DNA of 64,000 bases from Desulfobacterales bacterium (GCA_963674755.2 CAXXVS010000003.1:448001-512000); one strand, 5' to 3'; shown: positions 10,024 to 20,280, counted from the first letter of the stretch. The notes: generated from the sequence alone by a model not told the origin. A program made the numbers and translations.

Positions 10024-10221
10024 ATGAAAATGGAACATGCTATTCGCGCCATTGCCGGAACATTTATTCTTTTGTCCCTTAGCCTGGGATACTTAGTGAA
10101 TCCCTACTGGTTTATTTTCACGGGGTTTGTTGGGCTGAATCTACTTCAATCCGCTTTTACCGGATGGTGCCCGATGGAGATCTTTCTCGGCAAACTGGGT
10201 GTCGTGCGCGTCGAACGCTGA
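10024..10221 (+). CDS. DUF2892 / YgaP-like small membrane protein
   Basis: FVGLNLLQSAFTGWCP signature; RBS AGGAG. Confidence 0.85.
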   Translation: MKMEHAIRAIAGTFILLSLSLGYLVNPYWFIFTGFVGLNLLQSAFTGWCPMEIFLGKLGVVRVER

Positions 10222-10401
10222 TCATTGCCGCCGATCGGCTTTCGACTTGCACCAGGTTTGCGATTCCGTTATCCTGCCTTATCATTGCCTGGGGCCACGG
10301 CGCCCGAATCGCCAAAGCCCCTTCCTTTGCAGTGTTCCCTTCCTGTATTAGTGGTACCATTAAAGACCCTAGCGGTTATCTATCAATTGAAGGAGGTTGC
10401 C

Positions 10402-11085
10402 ATGAGCATCAATGTTACCTGGCTAAGCCACGCCTGCCTGTCCATCGATACCGGGGATGCCAAGCTCCTGGTCGACCCATTCCTCACCGGCAACCCGCTG
10501 GCTCCGGTTGCCCCGGATGAGGTCCAGGCCGACTACATTCTCGTCTCCCACGGTCACGGTGACCATGTGGGCGATACGGTCGCCATCGCCCGCCGCACGG
10601 GGGCCACGGTCGTCTCCAATTTCGAGATTCACAACTGGCTGCTGGGGCAAGGGGTCGAAAAAGCCCACCCGCAGCATATCGGTGGCGGCTTCGATTATCC
10701 CTGGGGCCGTGTCAAGCTGACCATCGCCCATCATGGTTCGGCCCTGCCGGACGGCTCTTACGGCGGCAATCCCTGCGGTTTTCTCTTCTACATCCAGGGC
10801 AAGAAAATCTACCATGCCTGCGATACAGGGCTTTTTTACGACATGAAGCTGATCGGAGAGGAAGGGATCGATTTGGCGGTTCTGCCCATTGGCGACAATT
10901 TCACCATGGGCCCGGAGGACAGCCTGCGGGCGGTCAAACTGCTGTCCCCGAAGCGGGTTCTGCCGATTCACTACAATACGTTTGACGTCATTCAGCAGGA
11001 CGCGGCCGCCTGGAAAGTCCGTGTGGAGCAAGAAACGGAGGCCCAGGTCGATCTTTTGAAACCGGGCGGATCGTTGTCGCTCTAG
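10402..11085 (+). CDS. Metallo-beta-lactamase-fold metal-dependent hydrolase (UPF0173)
   Basis: LVDPFLTGNP, SHGHGDH, LPIGDNFTMGP, PIHYNTF; RBS AAGGAGG before ATG 10402. Confidence 0.9.
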   Translation: MSINVTWLSHACLSIDTGDAKLLVDPFLTGNPLAPVAPDEVQADYILVSHGHGDHVGDTVAIARRTGATVVSNFEIHNWLLGQGVEKAHPQHIGGGFDYPWGRVKLTIAHHGSALPDGSYGGNPCGFLFYIQGKKIYHACDTGLFYDMKLIGEEGIDLAVLPIGDNFTMGPEDSLRAVKLLSPKRVLPIHYNTFDVIQQDAAAWKVRVEQETEAQVDLLKPGGSLSL

Positions 11086-11252
11086 TCCGAACGGCCCTTC
11101 ATCCTGTCAGAGAGCGTTGCGGAAATACGTTCTGTTCTGGATATTCATTCGTTCTCACGCCTCGTCTGCCTGGATGCCCGCATGGCCGCACCGTTTTTTG
11201 CGAACAGCCCCCCGATAAGGTATCGCCCCTTCCGATTGACGGCGGGTAAGAA

Positions 11253-13583
11253 CTATTGGTCGAGGACTTCCCGCAGCTTTTGTGACAACGTTCCCAAGTC
11301 GAAAGGTTTCTGAAGGAAGCCCCGGCATCCGCGTTGCAGTATTTCGGCGGCCTGGCCGTTCAGGCTGTATCCGCTGGAGAGCAGAACGCGAACATGCGGA
11401 TCGATGGCCTTCAAGGCGTCGAAGGTCCGGCCGCCGCCCATGGAGGGCATGATCATATCCAGAATCACCAGATCGATGGCGCTCCGATATTGCCGATAGA
11501 GCTCTATGGCCTCCTGGCCGCTGCCGGCTGTTTTGACGTGGTAGCCGAGCTTGCCCAGCAGTTTTTGCCCCACATCGAGAATCATGCGTTCATCATCCAC
11601 CAGCAAAATGGTTTCACCGCCGGGATGAATTTCGGCGGTCGCCGCCTGGGACGGCTGAAGGACTTTTTCGCTGACCGGCAGGTAAATTGAGAAGGTGGTG
11701 CCGCGACCCAATTCACTGTCGACAGCGATATGGCCGTCGTGGTTGCGAAGAATCCCGAAGGCCGATGCCAGCCCCAGGCCCGTACCCCGGCCCATTTCGC
11801 GCGTGGTGAAAAACGGCTCGAAGATGCGGTCGCGGGTCGCGGCGTCCATCCCGCTGCCGGAATCCGTCACCGAGACTTTAATGTAGGCGCCCGGTTTTAA
11901 ATCCGCGGCCTGGGGTTCGCCGGATGAAATGACCGCGTTTTCCGTCCTGATAGACAGGTCTCCGCCGGTCGGCATGGCCTGCCAGGCGTTGACAAAGAGG
12001 TTCAGCAGGACTTGTTCGATTTGCCCCGGGTCGACTTCCACGGTCTTGAGATCGGGGGCCAGATTTGCCCGGACGCGGATTTCCTTGTGGGTTCGGGCGA
12101 ACATGCGGGTGCTGTTGTCCACCAGTTCGTTCAAGTTGACGGGGCGCAGTTCGTATTTGCCACCCCGGGCAAACCCCAGGAGTTGGCGGGTCAGATCGGC
12201 CGCGCTGCGGACGTAGGATTGAATTTCTTCGAGGTGTTCCCAATGGGGGTGATCCGTGGAATGATCCGCCATCATAAGGGAGTTGCGGCCTTGGATACCC
12301 ATCAGCAGATTGTTGAAATCGTGTGCGATGCCGCCGGCCAGGGTGCCGATGGCCTCCATTTTTTGGGCTTGACGCAACTGACCCTCCAGTTGTTTCCGCT
12401 CCTGTTCCGCCGCCTTGATCCGGCTGATATCCCGCGTGATGACGAGGGCATGGGGTTCGTCCTGGAGGAAAAGGACTTTGGCCGAAACCAGCCCGGTGAT
12501 AATGCGGCCGCCGCGGGTTTTAAATTCCGCCTCGAGGTTGTTGATAAACCCCTGGGTGGAAAGCCCGGCGAGCATCTTTTGCCGCTGGCTCGGATGACCC
12601 CACAGGCCCACTTCGACAGCGGTGGTACCGATAATCTCCCTGGACGGGTAGCCGCTGAGCTTTGAAAACGCTTCGTTGATGTCCACGCACCGGCTGTCCG
12701 ACATGCGAATCACGGCCACGGGATCCGGTATGGTCTGATAGACCACACGAAAGCGTTCCTCGCTTTCCCGCAGGGCGTGTTCGGCTTTTTTCAGGACGGA
12801 GATATCGGTATAGATGGCGACCACCCCCCGGAGCTCGTTTTCAACGATGATGGGGGCCCCGGCGGCAATCACCTGAATCGGTCGGCCGTCCTTGCGGTAA
12901 CGGACCGTTTCGATGGGTTGCAGGGTTTGGCCGGATAGGACTTCGCGCGCAAAGGAATTCGCTTCAGCGGTCATATCCTGGCCCGCCACCAGATCGTCCA
13001 GATTGCGCCCGATGGTTTCCTTGCGCGTGTAGCCGAAGATGTTTTCGGCACCGGGATTCCAGTCCAATACGTGATGGCGGGCATCCAGGGTGATGATGGC
13101 ATCCGGCGCATGATAGAGAACGGATTCAAGAAATTTCTGCCGGCGCAGTCTTTCCAGCTCGGCCAGGCGCTGCTCGGTAATATCCTCCGCGATGCCGATG
13201 ATCCTTAGAACGCGGCCGTCAGCGTCCCGGATCGCAAACCCCCGGTCGGCGATCCAGCGCACCGTGCCATCCGGTTGCAAAATGCGGTATTCATGGGCGG
13301 CACTGTGTTCGGAAGCGGCCATGGACTCGAAAGCGGCCACAGCGGCGTCACGATCTTCAGGATGAAGGCTTGCGCGCCATTCGCTGGCGTGACGGTAAAG
13401 TGTTTCCAAGGACCGGGCCCAGACATGTTCATAGGCTGGGCTGGCATAGGTGAGGCGTTGGCTCGCCCAGTCAAAGACCCATACGACATAGTGGTATTGG
13501 CGGGCGAGTTCCTGGAAAAACGCAGCGGCGTCTGCGGGCAGATCGCGATAGGGGGGCGTGTGGTTATCCTTGGGCCTTGTCAT
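11253..13583 (-). CDS. Soluble hybrid sensor kinase / response regulator with 3 PAS domains
   Basis: PAS/PAC repeats, AGGIAHDFNN H-box, FEPFFTT...GTGLGL, C-terminal receiver (LLVDD, DMIMP, KPF). Confidence 0.9.
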   Translation of the reverse strand: MTRPKDNHTPPYRDLPADAAAFFQELARQYHYVVWVFDWASQRLTYASPAYEHVWARSLETLYRHASEWRASLHPEDRDAAVAAFESMAASEHSAAHEYRILQPDGTVRWIADRGFAIRDADGRVLRIIGIAEDITEQRLAELERLRRQKFLESVLYHAPDAIITLDARHHVLDWNPGAENIFGYTRKETIGRNLDDLVAGQDMTAEANSFAREVLSGQTLQPIETVRYRKDGRPIQVIAAGAPIIVENELRGVVAIYTDISVLKKAEHALRESEERFRVVYQTIPDPVAVIRMSDSRCVDINEAFSKLSGYPSREIIGTTAVEVGLWGHPSQRQKMLAGLSTQGFINNLEAEFKTRGGRIITGLVSAKVLFLQDEPHALVITRDISRIKAAEQERKQLEGQLRQAQKMEAIGTLAGGIAHDFNNLLMGIQGRNSLMMADHSTDHPHWEHLEEIQSYVRSAADLTRQLLGFARGGKYELRPVNLNELVDNSTRMFARTHKEIRVRANLAPDLKTVEVDPGQIEQVLLNLFVNAWQAMPTGGDLSIRTENAVISSGEPQAADLKPGAYIKVSVTDSGSGMDAATRDRIFEPFFTTREMGRGTGLGLASAFGILRNHDGHIAVDSELGRGTTFSIYLPVSEKVLQPSQAATAEIHPGGETILLVDDERMILDVGQKLLGKLGYHVKTAGSGQEAIELYRQYRSAIDLVILDMIMPSMGGGRTFDALKAIDPHVRVLLSSGYSLNGQAAEILQRGCRGFLQKPFDLGTLSQKLREVLDQ

Positions 13584-13765
13584 TCGGGTTCGCCGGGTAT
13601 ACTCAAAAGGGTTAGACGAGCACTTAAAAAGCCGCTTTGTCGGTACCGTCATTAGCGGGTGGCCGCGCTTGTTGACGCGCTATAAAAAGGTATGGGCAAG
13701 TATAATCGAAAGCCGACGGGGGCGCAAACAGGTTTATACGCCAAACAGGTTATGAGGAATCGCAC

Positions 13766-14764
13766 ATGAAACAGCACCAGAAGATCAATGCCGCCATCAC
13801 CGGCATTCATGCCTGGGTACCGGATTATATTCTGACCAATGACGAATTGGCCACTATGGTGGACACCAGTGACGAGTGGATTACGACCCGTACGGGCATC
13901 AAGGAACGGCGTATTTTGAAGGGCGATCATCAGGGTACCTCGGTGATCGGAATTGCCGCCGTCCGGGGGCTGCTGGAAAAAACCGCGACAGCGCCGGGGG
14001 ATATCGATCTATTGATATGCGCGACCACCACACCGGATATGCCCTTTCCCGCCACGGGGAATATTATCGCAGCGGCCGTGGGGGCCGCCAATGCCTTCAG
14101 CTTCGATCTGCAGGCCGGTTGTTCCGGGTTTCTATACGGCCTCACCGCCGGCGCCCAGTTCATCGAAACCGGCTACTGTCGGAAAGTGGTGGTGGTGGGG
14201 GCCGACAAGATGTCGTCGATCATCGACTACGAGGATCGAACCACCTGCATTATTTTCGGCGACGGCGGTGGTGCGGTGCTGCTGGAGCCTTCCCGGGAGG
14301 GTTTCGGCATTCAGGACGCCATTCTCAAATCCGACGGTGGGGGAGAGCCTTTTTTACACATGAAGGCCGGCGGAAGCCGCCGGCCGGCCAGTTTGGCGAC
14401 GGTCCAGGCGCGGGAGCATTATGTCTGCCAGGAAGGCGCCACCGTTTACAAATTCGCCGTTAAAAATATGGCGGATGTGGCGGTCAAAATCATGGAGCGC
14501 AATCAACTGTGTTCCGGGGATATCGCCTACCTCGTACCCCACCAGGCCAACAAACGCATTATCGATGCCACGGCGGAAAAAATGGGTATCGGACCCGACC
14601 GTGTCATGCTCAACATCCACAAATACGGCAACACCACCAGCGGTACGATCCCCCTCTGCCTTTTCGACTACGAAACGCGGCTCGAACAAGGGGACAACCT
14701 CGTGATGGCAGCTTTCGGGGCCGGATTTACATGGGGAGCGGTTTACTTGAAATGGGCCTATTGA
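13766..14764 (+). CDS. fabH: 3-oxoacyl-ACP synthase III
   Basis: DTSDEWITTRTGIKERR, AGCSGF, FGDGGGA, PHQAN, YGNT, FGAGFTWG. Confidence 0.93.
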   Translation: MKQHQKINAAITGIHAWVPDYILTNDELATMVDTSDEWITTRTGIKERRILKGDHQGTSVIGIAAVRGLLEKTATAPGDIDLLICATTTPDMPFPATGNIIAAAVGAANAFSFDLQAGCSGFLYGLTAGAQFIETGYCRKVVVVGADKMSSIIDYEDRTTCIIFGDGGGAVLLEPSREGFGIQDAILKSDGGGEPFLHMKAGGSRRPASLATVQAREHYVCQEGATVYKFAVKNMADVAVKIMERNQLCSGDIAYLVPHQANKRIIDATAEKMGIGPDRVMLNIHKYGNTTSGTIPLCLFDYETRLEQGDNLVMAAFGAGFTWGAVYLKWAY

Positions 14765-14923
14765 TGCGATCTCGGCTTCGGGGGGCGCGACGGGCCGCCC
14801 ATTTGTCGGGGTTTTAATAGGTCAATCCCGGATGGTGTTCGCCGGGAGGAGGCGAAACATTTGCCGGTCGGCGCCATCCGGGCGCGGCGGGAACGATTCA
14901 AAACGGTTTAGTGTCTGACGCCT

Positions 14924-15217
14924 CTACAAATCCAGTCTTTCAATGGCGGCCACTTCCAGGTTTTCACCAAAGGTGACGGCCACCCGGTCACCGGCGCCGA
15001 TATCGCGCAAACGCGCGCGGTGAACGCCATATAATGCCAAGAGGGAGCCACTGTCCTGATAGATTAAAATTTCCCCGGTGGCGTAGCTTACCGATAGGAT
15101 CGTGCCGGTCACATGTTGGCAGCCGTCATCGGCCGGGGCGGTTTGATCACCCGCGACTGCCGGCGCGGAGGCTATCAAGTTGATGATGGTCAGCAAAAGG
15201 ACGATGGATTTTCTCAT
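14924..15217 (-). CDS. Small exported protein (OB-fold-like)
   Basis: Signal peptide ending AVA; VTGTILSV...GDRVAVTF beta-strand pattern. Confidence 0.6.
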   Translation of the reverse strand: MRKSIVLLLTIINLIASAPAVAGDQTAPADDGCQHVTGTILSVSYATGEILIYQDSGSLLALYGVHRARLRDIGAGDRVAVTFGENLEVAAIERLDL

Positions 15218-15704
15218 AGCGGTATTCCCGTTGGAAATTGGCGACGCTCAAGGATTCCAAGTCGTGTTTTGCCGGTTGAGGATTTGAAGGGCAAACAGCC
15301 GGTTGTGACTTCAGAGAAACGCCTGGACGCCCTCCGGGCAAGGCCTGGGTGAGCACCTCGGTCATGGATTGGAGCAACTCGCTGCGGGTAAAGGGTTTAT
15401 TGAGGAGCCCCGCCCCAAAGGTGTCCGCCTCTTTTGTCAAGTGTTGATGGTAGGGGCCGGGATTTCCGGTCATATACAGTGTGGTCACTTCCGGGTGGGT
15501 TAGGCGAATCGACCTCATCATGGAAAGCCCGTCCTGCCAGGGCATTTCAATGTCGGTGATGACCATTTCCGGCTCGTGTTCGTAGAAGGCCTGCAAGCCC
15601 TCCCGTCCGTCGGACGCCAATATGACGTCTTGATTCTCCTGGATAAGGATGGCTTCGATCACGGACAAAATGATGCGGGTATCGTCGACAACCAAAATTT
15701 TCAT
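15147..15704 (-). CDS. Response regulator receiver protein with a C-terminal tail
   Basis: MKILVVDD, VITDIEMP, MTG, KPF; RBS AAGGAG. Confidence 0.8.
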   Translation of the reverse strand: MKILVVDDTRIILSVIEAILIQENQDVILASDGREGLQAFYEHEPEMVITDIEMPWQDGLSMMRSIRLTHPEVTTLYMTGNPGPYHQHLTKEADTFGAGLLNKPFTRSELLQSMTEVLTQALPGGRPGVSLKSQPAVCPSNPQPAKHDLESLSVANFQREYRYEKIHRPFADHHQLDSLRAGSRG

Positions 15705-15761
15705 GCCGGAACTCCTTCCATGGCTTCGCCATTTTTAACCGTCCGCCTGCACAGAAGTTCT

Positions 15762-15777
15762 AGCAAAAGCCATGCCA
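15762..15777 (-). promoter_or_regulatory. Sigma54 -24/-12 promoter
   Basis: Minus strand TGGCATGGCTTTTGCT with correct GG-N10-GC spacing, 58 nt upstream of the receiver gene. Confidence 0.75.
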
Positions 15778-16249
15778 CGCAGTATAACTGATTGAGTTCA
15801 CAAAGAATGCTGGCTTATGTCAAATTCTCCTTCTCTATAATTGACTGTTTAACCCTACAGAGAGCCTCCCGTAAAACCTTCCCCTAAAGTTAATAACGAT
15901 CTGTATTTATATAGTAATACATTGTTATGAAGGATTTTCCATTCAGGCGATGTGTGTAAAAATGCACACCGTTGACCGATCTTTCCGGGGAATGAATTTT
16001 TCATGCCGACGTTACCCCTTTCGGGGTGCACCACACTTTAGAGACGCAGTATAAAACTGAAAAAATCATCTAGTGAAGAATGAGGAGCTTTTGGGCCGGT
16101 GGCCCTGCACGGCCTTTTCCGGACATGCATATGAATCGTCCTGTTGCGAGACAGACTGTAGGAAAAGCCCTTCATGCCAGAAGCCATCCCGCCGATGGCT
16201 ACAAATTTAATTATTATGTAAAATCAGCATGTTAAAAAAAATGACGAAT

Positions 16250-16265
16250 TGGCATCGCCTTTGCT
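16250..16265 (+). promoter_or_regulatory. Sigma54 -24/-12 promoter
   Basis: TGGCATCGCCTTTGCT, preceded by IHF-like AATCAGCATGTTA at 16222-16234. Confidence 0.75.
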
Positions 16266-16407
16266 TTGATGGGGACTGCCCGTTAACGCGGAACAGGCCA
16301 TGGTGGCTTTTTCCGGCAGGCAGGTAGGGCGTGCGATACGATCCCTGGACTGGCCATCCGAAGCCTGCGGGCCAAAAACGGTTAATACTTAAATAGGAGG
16401 TTGAACC

Positions 16408-16704
16408 ATGAAACGAACGGCAATGGTAATGGCAATTGGATTGGCTCTGGCGTTTCTCTTCATCGGCACCGGTTGGGCGTCCAGCGCGGCCGCAGGGGAT
16501 GAGATCCAAATCACGGGTACTGTCCTGAAAGGGGGGCGTCTTATGGACGACCAGGGGCAGGAATACCTGATGACCAAGGATGAGGGCGCCCTTGAACTGG
16601 AAGGCCAGGTTGGCCAGAAGGTGGAAGTCAAGGGCACGGTCATGGAGAACAGCGAGGGCCAGAAAGTGATTAAAATCGATGACTACAAGGTCATCAAGGA
16701 ATAA
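16408..16704 (+). CDS. Small exported protein (OB-fold-like)
   Basis: RBS AGGAGG, signal peptide, ITGTVL...VGQKVEVKGTV. Confidence 0.8.
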   Translation: MKRTAMVMAIGLALAFLFIGTGWASSAAAGDEIQITGTVLKGGRLMDDQGQEYLMTKDEGALELEGQVGQKVEVKGTVMENSEGQKVIKIDDYKVIKE

Positions 16705-16741
16705 GGTCCCCATGTCGGGGACACTCTGAACTATCCCTCCC

Positions 16742-16772
16742 GGCGCAGAGGGCCCATCATTCCCTCTGCGCC
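16742..16772. terminator. GC-rich hairpin between convergent genes
   Basis: GGCGCAGAGGG...CCCTCTGCGCC, perfect 11-bp stem. Confidence 0.6.
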
Positions 16773-16806
16773 TTCCTGCCCCTTCCTTCGGCTGTCGATG
16801 CGGATT

Positions 16807-18171
16807 TTATCCTGCAATTCTGAAATCAGCAGGATCCAGCGCGTATTTTTTTAAAAGCGCATAGAGATCGGCGCGGTATTTCCCGGCCAATTTGGCCGCC
16901 TGACTGATATTGCCCTGGGTCAGTTGCATCAATTGCATCAAATAACGGCGTTCAAAGCTTTCCTTGGCGTCCCTGAAGGGCTTCAGGTCCTCATCGGCTG
17001 TGGTCTGGCGGGGATTGTGCAGGATGATGTCGACATCGATCAGGGGCGCATCCGACATGGCCACGGCACACTCGACGGCGTTCTCGAGTTCGCGGACGTT
17101 GCCGGGCCAATCATAGGCCATCATTTTTTCCATGGCCGCGGTGGAGAACCCGTCGATGGTTTTTTGCATCTCCCGGGTGAATTTTTCAAGGAAATGGTTC
17201 GCCAGCAAGGGGATATCCTCCCTGCGCTCCCTGAGGGCCGGGAGTTTGATGGGGATGACATGGATGCGGTAGAACAGATCCTCCCGGAAGGTGCCTTTGG
17301 TGATTTCCGCCTCGAGTGATTTATTGGAGGCGGCGATGATACGGATATCCACCTGAATCGTCTCATCGCCTCCAAGGGGAAAAAAGGACCGCTCCTCCAG
17401 GGCCCGCAGCAGCTTGACCTGCATGGCGGGCGACATTTCCGAAATTTCATCGAAGAAAAAGGTGCCGCCGTTGGCTTCCGCCAGCAGCCCTTTTTTGGTG
17501 CGGTGAGCCCCGGTAAAGGCCCCCTTCTGATAACCGAAAAGTTCACTTTCCAGCAGGGTTTCCGGAATGGCGGCACAGTTGATGGCAATAAAAGGCCCCT
17601 CGCAGCGCGGGCTTGCCAGATGCAGCGTTTTAGCGATGAGCTCCTTGCCCGTGCCGCTGCTGCCTTCGATATAGACGCTGGAATCGGCTTGGGCGGCTTG
17701 GGAAACCCGTTCCAGAACCTTTTGAATAGCGGTACTGTTGCCAATAATATTGTCAAATCCGTAGCGGTGTTGCACCAGATGGCGCAAACGCCGTACTTCC
17801 GTTGATAGTTGCCCCTGGGCGAGCGCTTTGTCCACCTGAGCCAGCAAGGCCTGGCCGTCGAAGGGTTTGGTGAGATAGTTGTAAGCACCGCGTTTCATGG
17901 CGGACACGGCCGTATCGATGGACCCGAACGCGGTCAGGATAATGACGGGAAGCCCCGGAATCTGATGCCGCAGATCCTCCATCAGGACCATACCGTCTTC
18001 GTTTTTGAGTTTGAGATCGATCAGGGCCAGGTGGATGCTGTCCTTTTTGATGTGTGCCAGGGCTTCAGTCGCATTGGACGCCATGCATACGCGGTGGCCG
18101 TCGCTTTCAAGGCGCATGCGCAGCACCTGTAGAATGTTGTGATCGTCGTCCACCACCAGGATATGCGCCAT
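16807..18171 (-). CDS. Sigma54-dependent response regulator (GlrR/NtrC family)
   Basis: Receiver domain, GSSGTGKE, ESELFG, GAFTGA, FREDLFYR, WPGNVREL, Fis-type HTH. Confidence 0.92.
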   Translation of the reverse strand: MAHILVVDDDHNILQVLRMRLESDGHRVCMASNATEALAHIKKDSIHLALIDLKLKNEDGMVLMEDLRHQIPGLPVIILTAFGSIDTAVSAMKRGAYNYLTKPFDGQALLAQVDKALAQGQLSTEVRRLRHLVQHRYGFDNIIGNSTAIQKVLERVSQAAQADSSVYIEGSSGTGKELIAKTLHLASPRCEGPFIAINCAAIPETLLESELFGYQKGAFTGAHRTKKGLLAEANGGTFFFDEISEMSPAMQVKLLRALEERSFFPLGGDETIQVDIRIIAASNKSLEAEITKGTFREDLFYRIHVIPIKLPALRERREDIPLLANHFLEKFTREMQKTIDGFSTAAMEKMMAYDWPGNVRELENAVECAVAMSDAPLIDVDIILHNPRQTTADEDLKPFRDAKESFERRYLMQLMQLTQGNISQAAKLAGKYRADLYALLKKYALDPADFRIAG

Positions 18172-18223
18172 GATCTACCTCTATGGGAAGACCGCCGCGG
18201 GAGGGCGGCTTTTATTAATGGAC

Positions 18224-18766
18224 TCATTCCACCGTCAGGTCGATGGCCTTCATTTGCTGCAAGCGTTCTTCGAGACGGATGCGTTTGTCCTTCTCGTCCT
18301 TAAGCTGTTTTTTTAAGGACGCCGATGCGTCTTCAAGGTCTTGGACCGTGCGCTGGCGTGCTTCCAGTTGTGCAATCAGCGCCAGCCAGGTTTGGGAGGC
18401 GGCCACCAAACCGGAGTCCGGATAGCGCCCGATGATGTCCTGGAAGCAAATGCCGGCCTGCTGAAAATCCTGCCCGGGATTGTCCGGGTGGACCAGCACC
18501 ATCCCCAACAGATAGAGGGCCTGGTCATTCGACTGGCCGGGGTATTGGGTCAGAACGATATCGCATTCCCGCCGGGCGGCCTCAAAATCGCCCTGCTGCA
18601 ACCGGCATTCCCCCAGGGCCAGATGCCGGGCCGCGATTCGATCGGAATCCTGGCCTCCGGGACCGGGCAAGACGGTTGCGCAGCCCATGATAAAAAAACC
18701 GGCCATCAGGCAACCGGCAAGGTAAAGGTAAAAGCGCTGCCGCTTCCGGGCTGGCTTGTGGCCCAT
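18224..18766 (-). CDS. Lipoprotein with TPR-like repeat and coiled coil (QseG-like position)
   Basis: Lipobox IMGC, ALYLLG..HPDNP, C-terminal coiled coil ending MKAID; lies between the kinase and the regulator. Confidence 0.7.
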   Translation of the reverse strand: MGHKPARKRQRFYLYLAGCLMAGFFIMGCATVLPGPGGQDSDRIAARHLALGECRLQQGDFEAARRECDIVLTQYPGQSNDQALYLLGMVLVHPDNPGQDFQQAGICFQDIIGRYPDSGLVAASQTWLALIAQLEARQRTVQDLEDASASLKKQLKDEKDKRIRLEERLQQMKAIDLTVE

Positions 18767-20160
18767 ATCTTTCCTCCATGTGCCATCACGATATGTTTGG
18801 CAATCGACAGACCTAAGCCGGTGCCTCTCTCGGTATCCTGTCCCTGATCGATCCGGCGGAATTTATCGAAAATGGTTTCCAGGGCACTCTGGGGAATACC
18901 GCAGCCGGTGTCGCTGATCCTGACCCGGACAAACCCCTTCTCCCCGCTGTCCTGGGCCAGGGTGATCATGACTTCCCCCCCCCTTTCCGTATACTTGAGG
19001 GCATTGCCGAGCAGATTGTCCATCAGCTGATTGATGCATGCCGCGTCAGCACGCACGTTCGGCAGTGGATCACAGGGTTTGAGCTCCAACAGGATTTTTT
19101 TGGCCACGGCGATGGGGGCCAGCTTCAGGATGCAGGCCCGCACCAGGGGTAAAACATCGAAAGCCTTAAAGGCGTATTCCATCATTTGCGCTTCCATACG
19201 GGAAAGATCCAGCATGCGGTTGATGGATTGGATCAGGCGCTCGCACTCTCCGTGCACGATGCCCAGCAATTGTTTCTGGTGCTCCGGACGCCCCGTATAG
19301 CACCCCTCCATCAGCATGCTGGAGGCCTCCCGGATAGCGGTCAGGGGGGTGCGCAATTCATGGGACACATGATAGATAAAATCCTCTTTCATGTCGCTGA
19401 GCTCTTTCAGGCGCTCGCACATGCGGTTGAAATCATGTGTCAGGGCCGCGATTTCCGGGGGTGATTCGACCGGCGGCAGGGTGGCGAAGCGGCTCATGGC
19501 CACTTCGTGGGTTTTATGCTGCAGGCGGTGGATGGAACGGTTGATCTGGCGAGCGCTGATAAACGAAATGATGAGCCCGATCAAGCCGCCGATGCTGATG
19601 GTAATGATGCCGATGCGGATGACATCGACGCTGATGTGGCTGGACAAAAGGATTTTCTTGTCCCGGGCCTGGCGCGCTTCTCCGATGATGGATTGCAGGG
19701 AGAGCCGGATGCGATCGAGGAGATCGGCCTTGCGATCATGGTAGATGTCGGCCTGTCGGCCGCTGGTGTTACCCATGAGCTCTCTTTCCCGGTCGATCAG
19801 GGCGAAGTAGGCGTAGCTGTTCGTTCCGATGCCGTCCAGCATGGTGCGCACGTCCTTGGTGTCGATATGGTGCTGCATGGTCTGAAGCGCTTCTAGGAAT
19901 TGCTGGCGAATTTGCTGAAACCGCTTGAAAAAGGCGTCATCGCCGGTCACCAGGTGTTTTTTCTCGAAGCGGGCCAGGGAGACGGCCATGGTGTCGAGGC
20001 CTTCGGCCAGGCGCACGGTTTCGCCGTCCCGCATGACAACCGCCCAGGTCAGTTGATTGAGGCGATTGAGCTGGGCGGAAACATAGATGCCCAGGCCTAT
20101 CAGCAGGATCACAAAGGCGCCATAGCCCAGCGTGAGCCGTTTGAAGATGGTCAGTTTCAT
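18706..20160 (-). CDS. Membrane sensor histidine kinase (GlrK-like)
   Basis: Two TM helices, HAMP, SHELRTP H-box, NALKYT, GTGLGL; start MKLTIF at 20160. Confidence 0.9.
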   Translation of the reverse strand: MKLTIFKRLTLGYGAFVILLIGLGIYVSAQLNRLNQLTWAVVMRDGETVRLAEGLDTMAVSLARFEKKHLVTGDDAFFKRFQQIRQQFLEALQTMQHHIDTKDVRTMLDGIGTNSYAYFALIDRERELMGNTSGRQADIYHDRKADLLDRIRLSLQSIIGEARQARDKKILLSSHISVDVIRIGIITISIGGLIGLIISFISARQINRSIHRLQHKTHEVAMSRFATLPPVESPPEIAALTHDFNRMCERLKELSDMKEDFIYHVSHELRTPLTAIREASSMLMEGCYTGRPEHQKQLLGIVHGECERLIQSINRMLDLSRMEAQMMEYAFKAFDVLPLVRACILKLAPIAVAKKILLELKPCDPLPNVRADAACINQLMDNLLGNALKYTERGGEVMITLAQDSGEKGFVRVRISDTGCGIPQSALETIFDKFRRIDQGQDTERGTGLGLSIAKHIVMAHGGKIWATSQPGSGSAFTFTLPVA

Positions 20161-20280
20161 GGTGATTGGGTGTAATCCTGCAAATATCAGGCCATATAGG
20201 GTTTTCTCAGGAATGACCATGCTTGGGAAGCAATGGGAGGCCGCCTGCCCTAAAAGAAGGGCGGGAATTTGTGCACAACT

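Noticed and set aside
11105..11210. Possible degenerate palindromic element after the hydrolase gene
   Set aside because: Terminal arms match too weakly to support a call
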